Below are positions 12,766 through 25,000 of a stretch of DNA of 64,000 nt, piece by piece. The stretch's first letter is position 1. Every line of letters starts with the position of its first letter. The translations under genes were made by a program, and so were the position numbers. The notes under the pieces are model-generated. The model was not told the DNA's origin. It worked only from the letters and a program-made list of their open reading frames with translations, and made no database searches. The stretch is taken from the NCBI RefSeq assembly GCF_009834535.1, contig NC_045697.1, forward strand, positions 35,714,001 to 35,778,000. The letters are read 5' to 3'. The stretch comes from Camelus ferus (taxonomy: Eukaryota).

Positions 12766-13859
12766 CACGTATTATTTTAAAATCAAAAAACAAATGGAAA
12801 AAAAGCTCTATGTGGTTTTCCATTGAACTTTCAAGAATTCACAACATGAGAAAGCACTAGTTTGCTGCTCAGCACTTCCAGATACTCTTTCTTTTGCTGA
12901 GGAAGCCTGAGAGGTCAGCACATTGACAAGGGGAGGAGCCGTGGGGGTGGGGCAAAGGGAGGAGGGAAGCAAAAGAAAATGGGCACTGTGTGGTCGACTC
13001 CTGATGGCTTCTGGGGAAGTAATGGTCCAAGGTGGAAAGATTCTATCAGACCTAAGTTAGAAGAGGGAACTTGAAATCCTAAGAACATCTCTCACTCCCG
13101 GTTCTGTAGCTCACATCATCTCCCATTTCTTGGGTCCCATTCCTCAACTGTAATGAGGGCTAGTAGTCCCTCTCACCCAGTAGGCTGCAGAGTGGCTCTA
13201 GGCTTTGGGACCTATCAGTAAAGAGTGCTATGGTGTAGACAGTTGAGCTTGGGCCTCTGGGAACAGATACATGGATAAATGAGTGGGTGAATTAATAAGG
13301 AGTTATCCAAAAAATGTCAACAGTAGCCCCTGCTAAAAGAAAAAAAATGCTTACAATATTTTTAGACTCAGAAAAGTCATATTCTTCTTGGTAAGTGACA
13401 AAATGCCAGGAAGCTAAAGTTTAAGCAAAGTTTTGTGAAAGGGGAGTTGCTAGTAAAAGGATAAGCTTTACAGTTCTATTATTCTTTAAAAAATGTATTT
13501 ATTCATCCATTTAACGAAGATTCCTGAATGCCTTCCCTGTGCCTGGCACTGTGCTGGAGCAGGGTGACAAAGGGAGAAGGAGATGCAGGTGACTGTGGTT
13601 GGAGCTGTGAGCTGTCATGGAAACTGGCAGGTTTTTTCACATATTCAGTCTTCATTAATCCAAGAGACGTTATAAACCCCTCACCATCTGCACCAGGCAC
13701 GGTGCTTGGCACTCAGTTCTTTCTCTTAATGATCAGCCAGCCTGGGGATGGGGAGGAATATGAGAAAATCAATATCTGAAATAGGAAGCCCAGTTTAGCT
13801 GGGAGGGGTCGGGAAAAGCTTCTGCGATGAGATGATGCTTGTGCTGGGCTGTGGAGGAG

Positions 13860-14125
13860 ACATTCATTCATTCAGTCTCTCTTCTATTCAACAAATACAG
13901 ATGGAGCTTTACTTTGGGCTGGGCATTGTACACGGTGCTGAAGACAAGCTGATGACTAAAACAGATGAGATCCTTCATTTTTCAGTCCAGTGGAAGAGAG
14001 ATAATAAATACATAAAACAATACAAAAGCAAGTACACCAAATGGTTATGGCTGTGAAAGGCACAGGGGAGGATATAAGCAGGATACTGTGATGGAGAATG
14101 GCAGGGGTGGCAGCCAGGGAAGACA
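13860..14125 (-). mobile_element. L2 3' fragment (continues 14725-15160 after an L1 insertion)
   Basis: CATTCATTCATTC...TTCAACAAATAC, the reversed L2 terminus; body resumes after the L1. Confidence 0.65.
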
Positions 14126-14153
14126 GCCCTCCTGAATTTAGAGTAAGTGGAAG

Positions 14154-14708
14154 CTATTTACAAGAGCCAAGACATGGAAACAACCCAAATGTCCATCGAC
14201 AGATGACTGGATAAAGAAGCTGTGGTATGTTTATACAATGGAATGCTATTCAGCCATAAAAAAGGATAAAATAATGCCATTTACAGCAACATGGATGGAC
14301 CTCCTGGAGATTGTCATTCTAAGTGAAGTAAGCCAGAAAAAGAAAGAAAAATACCATATGATATCACTTATATGTGGAATCTTGATAAAGGAGACAAATG
14401 AACTTATTTATAAAACAGAAGCAGACTCACAGACATAGAAAACAAACTTATGGGTACCAGTGGGGGAAGGGAGGGAAAAGGATAAATTGGGAGTTCAGGA
14501 TTTGCAGATACTAACTGATATATATAAAATAGATAAACAGCAAGTTTCTACTGTATAGCACAGGGAACTATATTCAATATCTTGTAATAACCGATAATGA
14601 AAAAGAATATGAAAACAAATATATGTATATATATGCATGACTGAAACATAATACTGTACACCAGAAATTGACAAAACATTGTAAACTGACTGCATTTCAA
14701 TTAAAAAA
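14154..14708 (+). mobile_element. 5'-truncated lineage-specific L1
   Basis: ORF2 C-terminal remnant (ECYSAIKKDKIMPFTATWMDL...ILSEVSQKKKEKYHMISLICGI), 3' UTR, poly(A); partial TSD AGTGGAAG on both sides. Confidence 0.95.
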
Positions 14709-15534
14709 GAAATAGAGTGGAAGGACAGTCTGCAAAGGGCTCTCTGAGGAGAGAGAGCTGGGACCCAAAGGTTGCGAAGCACCCAGCCATGCAAAGAACT
14801 AGGGAAAGAGCATTCCCAACCAAGAAAACGGCAACTGCAAATCTCCTGAGGCAGCGACAAGAGACAGGAAGGAGGCCAGTGTGGATGGAGCACTGGTACT
14901 CGAGGTGAAAGGTGTGCAGGTGAACTGGGCCAGGCTATGCTGGGTCTTGTGGGCCTTGGTGAGGGTAGGCCACCAAGGGGCAGAAGAGTGACAGATCTTT
15001 CAGACAGAGGTTTATGCTTTAAAGCCACCCAACCCATATGCTACTCTCAGAGAATGGATTGAGGGGAGGGGTATGGGGTGGGCAGGAGTAGAAGAAGAGA
15101 GATCTGTGAGGTGGCTTCTGCAATAGTCCCGGTTAGACCATGGTGGCATGGAGGTGAAGTGAATTAGTAAGGAGGATTGGGGAAGCAGCAGTGGGGAGTC
15201 TTCTGGGGAGAGGAAATAATTTGTGCAAATAAGGGTGAACAGACATTTGAGAAAATGACATGTAGTTTGGAAACCAAGGTAGAAAAGTGGGGAAAATGGT
15301 CAAATCATAAATGGTATGCTATTCCAGAATAAGGAGGTTAGATATTATCCTGAGAGCAATAGAAAACCACTGGAGAATTTTCATCAGGAAAGTTCCATGA
15401 ACAGAATTGAGCATTAGAGAGATGTGTTGGATGATGGCTTCAAGATAAGTGGTGGGACCACTGAAGGTACACAAGACCAGTGGTGCTGAGACCAGCTAGG
15501 AGGCTGTTGCTGTTAAGAAGGACTGAGGCAGGGA

Positions 15535-15760
15535 AACCTGGTTCTGTTACTTCCTGGCTGTGTGACCTTGGGCAACTTACTTAACCTCTCTGAGCTTTAG
15601 TTTGCTCAACTACACATTTGGGAATACTACTTGACAAACTTTTCATGAGGATTACATGAAATGGTAGTTGTAAAATTACATTTTATCATTTCATGAGGAT
15701 TATGGTAAATAGATGAAATGGCAAATGCAATTAGGATTACATTAAATGGTACATAGTTCT
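15535..15760 (+). mobile_element. MIR with internal duplications
   Basis: GCTGTGTGACCTTGGGCAACTTACTTAACCTCTCTGAGC core. Confidence 0.85.
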
Positions 15761-16122
15761 AAAGTGCACCCTCAGATATTTAATATTGCACAATAATTAG
15801 CCATTCATCCACTGCCTGATTATATCTCTACTCCATACAATTTGAATAAAGCATACAAAGTAAAGTAAATAAAAACTGGAAAAAAATAATGGTATTTCCT
15901 GTTTCCTCATAAACTGGAAATAAAAAGTTGGCTAAATTTTTATTTATCCATTGAATCAGCATTAAAAATCAGAGAAAGGAAATAAATGCCAATTGTATCT
16001 GTGAGATGAAATTCTGTAATCTCCTTGAAAGTATTAGATGAAGTCTAATGCCAGGATTGCAAAGATAATTTTCCCCAGTTAAGACTGTGCATTGCATGGG
16101 TGGCAAGGACAATCCTGAAATA

Positions 16123-16440
16123 CAGATTATGAATCGTTTATCTGGAACTCATGGTGAAATGTGTTTCAAAATCAGAATTTTTTAAATTTTAGCTAGACAA
16201 TGTGGTGAATATGCTGTGTATTACATAACACCCTGGTCTGGGGTTATTACTATTTCTGCAGTGAAATGTAAGAATATTCATACTAAGAGGAATAAACAGA
16301 AACCCAGAGAGAGCTTCAGCTTAGTTTAGGAATGAGTAAAACTCATTCTTACTAAATGAGTTTGTGTCCAACTTGGAAATAACTTTTCTTGCTCAGACTT
16401 TGAGGATTTTTGAATTGTTTTTGAGAGACTGGGGATGTAA
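16123..16440. mobile_element. MER46C-like TcMar-Tigger MITE
   Basis: TA|CAG start; ATGTGTTTCAAAATCAGAATTTT, TATTACATAACACCC, ATTTCTGCAGTGAAA and AATATTCATACTAAG resemble the MER46C consensus. Confidence 0.7.
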
Positions 16441-17436
16441 TGTATTTCCCTGGATGTTGTGTACCCCTGAACCCCACCCCTTCCTTCACAGGGCCCACAG
16501 CAGCTGCAGGGGTACTGGGCCGTAGGGGATTCAGACCCAGCCCCTTCCTTTGTCCAGACACCCTCTGACCTCTGACCTCCCTCCTGCCACCAAACCCGAC
16601 CCCGCACTGGAGCCTTCTTTATTCATGAAGCCCTGGAGTTGCTCTTCGAAATCAAAGCTGTGACCCTGTCCCCACCCTGTCTACCACTGATGTCTGAACT
16701 TCAGTCCCACATAGCTCAAGTGCCCTCCTCCAGGACCCCGATGTCCAGGTAGGTATTCTGGGGCGGCTAAGTGATTTTTAGTTTGCCCGGCAAATCTCTG
16801 GGGCATGGTGGTAAGTAGCTTACATTATCAGCCTGCATTTTCTAATCCCAGCTCCTGCATTTCCAGACATTTTTCTATGTAAGTTTTGGGGTGGGAAAAT
16901 TCACTCAGACTACATTCAAATGTGCAGGGGAAAAAAATAGTAGTTTCTTTACTAACTGATGATTGATTTGAGTCTCCTCACAAGCTCCCTACCTGACTAG
17001 GGAGAAATGGGGGTTGGATACAGTTAGTCCAATTGGATCAACTCTTCCATATTATGGACAATCTGTTGAGGTAACATAGTCCCTTGTGGATCTGTGTACT
17101 CAGCTTCTGAGATCTTCCTCATCTACTGCTCATCATCCCTGAGGTAACACCGGGCTATGATGTATAGTCGAGCCCCTTGGTTACAGTAGAAATTTTCCAA
17201 TGGCAGATACAAGGAACTGATTACAGTTGAGAAAACCACACCCAGCCTTACACTGAGTAACTCAGATATATCACGTGGGCAAAAGTCCTTTATCCTTGGG
17301 TTTCCTCTCATCCTACCTGACACATCCCTCTGTCTTAGAGCAGAGACTGAGCTCTACGTGTCCTTATCTGGCCTCTTTCTCCCTGTCCCTCTCCATAGTT
17401 TATCTACACATGAATGTGGGCTTTCGACTTCCCCCC

Positions 17437-17697
17437 ACTTCCAGTTATAAAATAAATAAGTCATGGGGATGTAATATTCAGCATGGTAAACTATAGTTAA
17501 TAACACCATACTGCATATTCAAAAGTTGCTAAGAGAGTAGATCTTAAAAGTTACAAGAAAAAATGTAAATATAGTGACAGATGGTAATAGACTTATTGTA
17601 ATCCTTTCACAATATATACAAATATTGAATCACTATGTTGTACATCTGAAGCTAATATAATGTTGTATGACAATTACATCTCAATTAAAAAAAAAAA
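17437..17697 (+). mobile_element. L1 3' UTR (L1MA9-like)
   Basis: AAGTTGCTAAGAGAGTAGATCTTAAAAG...TAATATAATGTTGTATG...CTCAATT plus poly(A). Confidence 0.85.
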
Positions 17698-19737
17698 CCT
17701 TTGAACAGTACTTTGCTTTCACGTTCAGTCTGTAGAATCCTATCCTGAGTTGTGAACATGAAAATGCAAAAAGAGAAATGCTCATTCATAGGTTTTGAAA
17801 TATCACCTCTCAGGACCCATACAAAAAAGGGGAAAGGATTTACAGCAAGATGTTTATAGTGTTTATAACTGTATGAACAAAATTATGTGATTTTTTAAAT
17901 CTTCTTATTTTGATTTTCATTATTCTCTGACTTTTCTATTATGAACATATACTACTTGGTTACATTTTTTTAAAGTCATGTTTTCAATATGCCTGTAGCA
18001 CTATCAGTTGGGAAAAAGCAAATTACAGTCTCTGTGGGAACTAATTTAAACTTGTCAGAGCAGTTAAATTAATTAGGTCTTAACTGATGTTTAACAGCCA
18101 GCGTGGCAGGCCTGATACAACTTACAGGGACTCAGAAAATTAGGCCTAATAGCCTGCAGATTGTCGCCCTGCAAATCCGGCTCAATTCAGGGCAAACAGT
18201 GTGTCAGGCAGGGTTCCCCAGGATGCCTCCGCATTTTAGTTTGTTCTTTTTCCTGGAGAGGGGCATGGGGGAAATTTCTAAGATAGGACACAAGCCTATT
18301 TTTGTTGGCATTCCTTCTTTGCGTATTTTGACGAGGGGGATTGCTGCAGGCCCTGCTAGAATATTTCACATGTGGATCATTGTCAATAAATCCCGGGGGC
18401 ACTTTTTCTCCCATAACAAAGAGGGACATAGAGCTCACTTTTTTGGTAAGTAGATTTCCTCGAAAAATGAAAACATAAGAGTTTGATTTAATATCCAGGA
18501 GGAAAGATGCACTTCAGGGTTTCCAGGAAGGGGTGACATTCTCAGGTAGAAGGAGGAGAGGGGCTTTGTTGCTGTCATGGTAGCGGTGGCCCCTGGCCAG
18601 TCCTGGGACAGATGGCAGGGGGTAGAGGGTGGGCGGTGGGGAGTGAGGAGACAAGGAGAGGGACCGAGTGTGCCTTGCAGAGTCATCTGACAGAAAGTGC
18701 AGCTGAATGTCCCAAGCAGGAAATTTAAGCCTCAGTCTTCAGGAGAGGAAAAAGGTTCGCAAGAAATTCTAAACTCTATTTTTCTTCAGATGGGTCTGGA
18801 AGGAGCATCTTGCCCCTTGTGCACGTGAAGCTAACAGAAATAGCCCCCGTCTCCAGAGTGCAAAGGAACTTGCTAAACTCTTTTCATTCTTTACCACGGA
18901 AGCCTCCACAGCCATGTCAGACAGCTGAGTCAAAATATAGCAGAGGGGGCTGCCAAACACTTCTGGGGCAAAGGTTTCTTTCTGCAGCGCTACCCGTCCC
19001 AGACGATTACCTGTCTGCTGCCTCCGGGCGGGGTCTTAATCGCTTCCAGCTGTGTTGGCTCCCACCATCACTCTGGCCCCTCCCCGTCTGGCCTCCTTGC
19101 CCTCTGCCTCTAGTGTAGGAAAAATTAAGCATCACACTTAAATGCCCCCTTAGGACTTGGGGATCCTGAGCAGGAACCTCGCCATGGTATCCATCTCCAG
19201 CGACAGACGACGGGGCTGGCTTGCCTCACACGGGTGTCTCCTTTCTGCCCCGTGGCTGAGCCCTTCTCCCTGCCCCTAATCGTTACAGCTAAGCACACAC
19301 AGGAAAGTAGGTACAGCCTGGCTCCACTGCACAGCACCCCTCCCCTCAAGCCCCACCCTGGTACCAGAACCCTCCAATTCCTTCTTAGGAATGGGTTCTT
19401 TAGGGCTGCATTTAAGCTATCATCATTTGAAATACACATTTTTCTGCCAGGGTAGCTGGTGTCTCTATCAAGTCAATTCAACACAAGCTTCGGTGAATTG
19501 GGGGGATTGAAAATCTATGGCTGGAATGAGACTGGAAAGTGCCCGACATTGTGTCTAGATCACGCTATCCCTTACACACGTAGGTGTCGCTAATCAAACT
19601 TGGAGCCGTTCTCCTGCCTGATCCACGAAGGCTGAGGCTTCAGCACCCTTAACACAGCACGCCAGGTAGACACTGAAGCTTGGGAAGATTGACAGATCGC
19701 GTGAGGTGTCTGTCATCTTTGGAAGTACATTGGGCAG

Positions 19738-19891
19738 CAGTGAGCTCAAACTTGACCTTACATCAGAGTCACCAAGAGGGCTTGTTAAATACGGATTGTT
19801 GGACCCCAGCCCAGGGTTTCTGATTCTGTAGGTCTGGGTGGAGGTGCCGGGGATGCTGCTTCTGGTTGGGGACCCACTTTGAGAACCACAG
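19738..19891. mobile_element. MER5A hAT-Charlie MITE
   Basis: CAGTGAGCTCAAACTT...CATCAGAGTCACC...TTCTGATTCTGTAGGTCTGGG...CACTTTGAGAACCAC. Confidence 0.85.
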
Positions 19892-21632
19892 GTCTGCATC
19901 ATATCAAGGAATTTGAAATCTATTCATCAGGCAGTGTAGGCTCGCTGGAGGATTTTAATCTAGGTGGGAGGGGTTTATGGGATCAGGGCTACACTTCCCA
20001 AAGTTCAGACTAGCCATAGTGTGGAGGGCTGCCTTGGAGGGAGTACAGCTGAAAGCAGGAAGGCTAAGCAGGCGGTGGGCATGATCCCCAGGTACTTTTC
20101 ACCGCGAGGGGTTTTGTATAATCTTATGGAATGAGATCCTGACAGCAAAATTGCACCAGGCAGCCTGCAGGAGCCTGGAAAAGGTAGAAAATTGAGCAAG
20201 ATGGTTTAGAAGAAAGCAATAAAAGAACATAGGTAGCCTCAAAGACATGTTGGTCAGTTCCCAACTTTGCCAAAGGCGAGCGGGTTCCCAGAACAGGAGA
20301 CTGTGACCCTGCAGAGAAGTGACACTCGCCAGGCAGACCTGCCAAGTCTGCAGGGCTGGCTCCCTCCCTCTCCCCCATCTCTTTCCTGTGGGGAGATGTT
20401 ACTGGGGGAGCGCTGCTCGGAGAGCAGGTGGTGATAATTACCAGGAGACCAGCAGTTTCCCTGCCTCATCTTTCAAAGTGTCAAAAAGGCTGACTTAGGA
20501 AATGATGGAGTGCGGGAAGCTCTCCTGACTTGTTCAGTTCAGTAATACTTGGTGGAGCCGGGTCATTCTGACTTGGTGGCTGATGTGTAATTTTGGAAGG
20601 CCATTGAAAAATATCTAAACTCCCCTGATAGTGCTTTCCTAAGGAGGATAGGCTATAAAAGAGAATTCAGAATTTTACTGCACATTCCAGGTATGGAAGT
20701 GAAACTACATTAGAATCTGAACAGATAATAATAATAGCTACTAAAAGCATCATGGCAGCCCCCTGCACATCTAGTGGATTCACGTGGCTTTTGAAGCCCC
20801 TCTACTCATCTGCAAGCCACAGAATTGGTCAGACAGGCCCACTCTGAATCTGCTTTGTGCATTTTCACCTCTGGCTCTGCCCAGGCAGTTTTCCAGCTAT
20901 GAGACTCCTGAACCTTTCCTCCTTTACCTGCATTCATAACTTTTCTTTAAACACACAAACTCATCACCATCCCGCTTTCTTCTGAAGTCTTTCGGCACTT
21001 CTGGCTTAGTGTATGCTTTTGTCCTTAGTGTTGGCCTTCTGGTATTTGTTCCCTTTTTAGGAGGAAAGACACAGCTCCCCAGATGGATAGTAAATTCTGA
21101 AGCCTGCAGCGATTTGGCCCCATTTGTCTGAAACTGAAGCATTACACTGACGTTAAATTTGCATGGGTGACATGGAGAATGCCTTGGCTCTGGCCTGAAT
21201 CTCTGGAAGATGCTGTCTGCAGTTAGGCCCCACCTGGAACCAGGGACATGAACACCACCAGCATGCTCTCTCCTCTTCTCCAACTCTTGTTTCTGAAACG
21301 TGCTCCATTCTGTTAGACTGGCGACGTTAACAGCACCAGGAAATTGGCAACTCTCAGGCTCATTTTGCCAGTCAAGACACCAGGGGGAGACAGGCCCTCT
21401 CCTTGTCTTCGAGTTCAAAACATTGGATTGACATGGCTTGGGATATCCCGACCCTTGGACTACTTAGTGAGTTGCGGCTGGGGGTGGGGAGGGGAAATTC
21501 TATTTCATGCTTGCTTCCTCCTTTCCAAAGAAACCCAGTTTGGTTGGGTCATCTCTCTCCTGCAGGTGGCTAAGTGCATCGGGGGTCCTGGCTCAGCCCC
21601 AGCCTTGATGGTGAGTCCTGAACGGTCTGAGC

Positions 21633-21780
21633 CAGGAGTCAGCAAACTTTTCCTGTAAAAAGTCATAGTAAATATTTTAGGCTGTGGAGGCCATACCTCT
21701 TTTGGAACTACTCAACTCTGTCATTGTAGTGTGAGAAGAAGCTGTGAACAACACATAAATGAATGAGAGTGTGTTTCCTC
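21633..21780. mobile_element. MER58A hAT-Charlie MITE (partial)
   Basis: CAGGAGTCAGCAAACTTTTCCTGTAAAA...ATAGTAAATATTTTAGGCT...ACTACTCAACTCTG. Confidence 0.85.
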
Positions 21781-24239
21781 ACACCCTCCCTTGAACATTT
21801 TCACTGCCCCACCACCACGACTTTTAAGTTTTTAGTTCCTGCTACTAAAAGATGTATCCTCGGAATTGCTCCAAATGCCCATAGGAAGCCCCAGTCGGGA
21901 GGGGGGGGCCAGTGTGACCGCAGGTCTCTCCTCAGCTCACTCACCAGAGCACAGCCCAGAGCACTCCTCCTTGTGACCTGTGGCTTTCACCATCTTTCCC
22001 TTCTCCCCTCCTGATTCCAGCCTCACAGCCATGATTCATTCACCTCTCGAGTTGACCTCCTTTTCCCAGGGTGCCAGCCGCCCACCACATCCCTCCACTC
22101 TGGACCTTGCCCACTCAGGTGCTTGCCTGTCAATACAAGGCAGCTGTTGTTGCCCCATCTGACCACAGAGATGGCACAGGCTCCCAGTCCCAGAAGACAC
22201 CCTGGGTTTGTGCTCAGAGGCAGACCCAGTGAGGGCGTTCTCCTCCATTGGCATCTCAGGCTGCCATTCAGCAGGCTGTCCACATTTTCCCACTAGCAGC
22301 TGCTTTTGTCTGTTTCTCCTCCCTGTTTATTTTCTGTGCCTGTACACCTTGTTTTTCCTTCAGGGGACCACCTATCCAGACCTGCTATCTGGTTCCCCTG
22401 GAAACAAAGTGTGGAGTGTGCAGAGGCAGCTGGGGGATGTCCCTGGACAAGCTCGGCTGCCCATGGACCCCTTGGAGCTTGGCCGGCCACCTGGCAGAGA
22501 GGGGCTGAGCCCTGGCTGTGAAGATGAGAGGGGATCCTGAAAAAAGTCCGGTGCAGGCCACACACCTCATTAGTTCATTTGGATTAGTTTCTTTTATCCA
22601 GTTGTTAGGAATGGTGCATAGTGATGGATGAGGCAGCCCTGAGATTTTTATCCCCTGAACAATATACAATTTGGCAAGATTACATAAACCACGGAGAGAG
22701 TACACAGAAGTTGACATGTATGTACAGACTGACTTGCAAAATTATAGAAGATGGCCTGAAATCCCAATTCCACAGCTCTTCTTCATTTTTCCTGCAAAGT
22801 CTTGGGGGCTTATACTTTGATAGTCATCTTTGCCTTCGGGCTCCTTGCCCATTTGTGCTGTTTCTTCATCTATCAACCTGAGCTGAGAATCAGGACAGCT
22901 GCTCACCTGGACACAGAACCAGCCTGGACCCTGCATGTAGCTGTCCTGTCCAGGGACAGGATGGCAACTAAAACCAGTTACAGCTCAGCTTTCCGAGGAA
23001 AGCCCAGAGGAAGGGGTGTTTTAGGTAATACCCAAAGGACACACCATTTTGTGACTTGTTTCACCTGAGGGGTTGCCTTTTCTAAATTGTACAAAGGTGT
23101 CACATAGACTAACTGAGGGTCCCGTGTGGACCTCAGCCTTTCACTGATTCCTAGACGGGAGCATCCACTCGCACCTGATGTACGTGAGTTTCTAGTATCA
23201 AAGATCTGAGGGTCCTGGGGAGGTGGTCACTTTGCACAACACACAGTCCCTCACTCTTGTTCTTTCCCCTTTGTCGAGGAGTTTAGCGTCATCCTTGCTG
23301 CTTGAATGTGCCCTTGGGAGTCTCCCTCACTGCCTTCAATGAGTTATCCAAGTATTTCTTTCAAACAAATGCAAAGCTCTCCTTACAGGGATGTCTGGTG
23401 AATAACACTCTCTATACCCCAATAAGTGAGTGGGGTCCAAAACAAAACAGCTTATCTTTGCTAAACCGGAATACACTGCATGCACCACACCGCTAAACAG
23501 AACTGGTGAGTCCAGGGACAGAAAACAATGCCGCTTTTCTCCCCTTCTGCCTCCCCTGACTCACTGTTCAAACTTGTTCTGTCTAATGCTTATGTTTTTC
23601 TCACAAAATGTATGTTTCTTTTCATTATAAGAATAGTCGCACTTCTGGGATTAAATGCTAGTCACAGTTCAGAGTAAAAAGTTTACATTTCCTTTGAAGT
23701 AGAGGCTCTCACCCCACAACCCCCACAAGGTTTGCTTGATGAGATTCACCTGCCAGTGCTCTGCCCCCCTACCTGCACCCTCACCCCACCAGGTGGCCGG
23801 GGGGCCTCCAGGATTGAAATGGAGGAGGCGGGAGAGTCAGGGACAGGAAAGGTGTGTTTGTCTGACACCCATGTAATCTGGTGTAGGTTCCCTCTGGCCC
23901 TGGCAGAAGTTTGAAGCTGAGTTTCTTGGAGCCTGATGGAGGTTCAAATCTTTCCCCCTTTTCTTTTTTGAAGTGCATTTGTGGGCTGTTTGGGGTTCCC
24001 TCGCTGCACCCGGCCAACTGCAACTTCAGCAGACAATTCCCCTCCAGCTTTGCCTCGGATGGCACTTCTCCAGCCTCCTTTTTGTTGTGGTTTTTGCCAA
24101 CATTTATTATGTTCCTCTGCAATTCCTATAAAATAGGACATAGAGTTAAAAGTTTGATCAGAACTAGTTTCTGTTTTCTGCACGATTACTTTTGCAGATG
24201 TTGAGAACTTCTGACTGCATTGCAGAATGTTTGGTCGTC

Positions 24240-25000
24240 TTCCTTTTCGTGAGGTTAAGATTGGTCAGTGGGCTCAGATGTTGCCAGACTGATTCTGGCA
24301 TCTGCTTGGACTGAATGATTTTAGCAAGTATTAGTGATGATTACCTAGATCCATTATTTCATTAGAATATCACCCTTTTATACCAACTCATGAAAAATGG
24401 AGTACATTCGAAGTTAAATATCTTTATGCATTTATTGGCCTAATTTCTCCTATAAAGACAAATTTTCCTTAACCAATTATTTGGTTTTCTTGGGATACAT
24501 ACAGTCCATCCAAAATGCTTGAGTGTTTCCCCTCATTTGTCAATTTCTAGAATTATAAGTTGGCTTCTAGTATCCTTCAGAGATGACCAATTAGAGTTTT
24601 TTAGGGTATCATTATAGACTCATAGATTTTAATATATTTGATGCATCTCAATCCACAGCAGTTATTATTTTTATTATAATAATAATAAAATTACTATTGC
24701 TGCTTAAATTGTCCCATCTTTGGTCTGTGGGAACCTCTTCAGGGAACCTCCTGAGTCATTGTGACGTGACCCCAGTGGTCTTTAACACTTTCCTTCCTTT
24801 CTAATAGAACAATTATTTGGGGCCCTTTTAAAATATTTTCTCTCCCAGACCAAAACTATTTTTTTCGAAGAGACCTGGTTCTTTTCAGTGGGAAATTCTA
24901 TTTAGAGAGCACATCTGGGCACTAGGATACTGATTGCTATTGGGTTGGTTATTATTTCGATATCTTTTCATTGGTCAAGGCTAGGAATCTGTATTTAAGA
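24240..25000 (-). mobile_element. Old L1 (L1MC-like) 3' UTR fragment
   Basis: AAATTGTCCCATCTTTGG...GGGAACCTCTTCAGG...CTGGTTCTTTTCAGTGGGAAAT...TATTTAGA...ATCTGGGCACTAGG. Confidence 0.65.

Noticed and set aside
12359..12826. 155-aa ORF
   Set aside because: Lies antisense within a solo LTR; chance ORF.
14968..14983. CTCF-like GGCCACCAAGGGGCAG
   Set aside because: Mismatch at a near-invariant core G, and it lies within an L2.
14495..15037. 180-aa ORF (longest in the track)
   Set aside because: Spans an L2/L1 junction, so it is a repeat-derived chance ORF.
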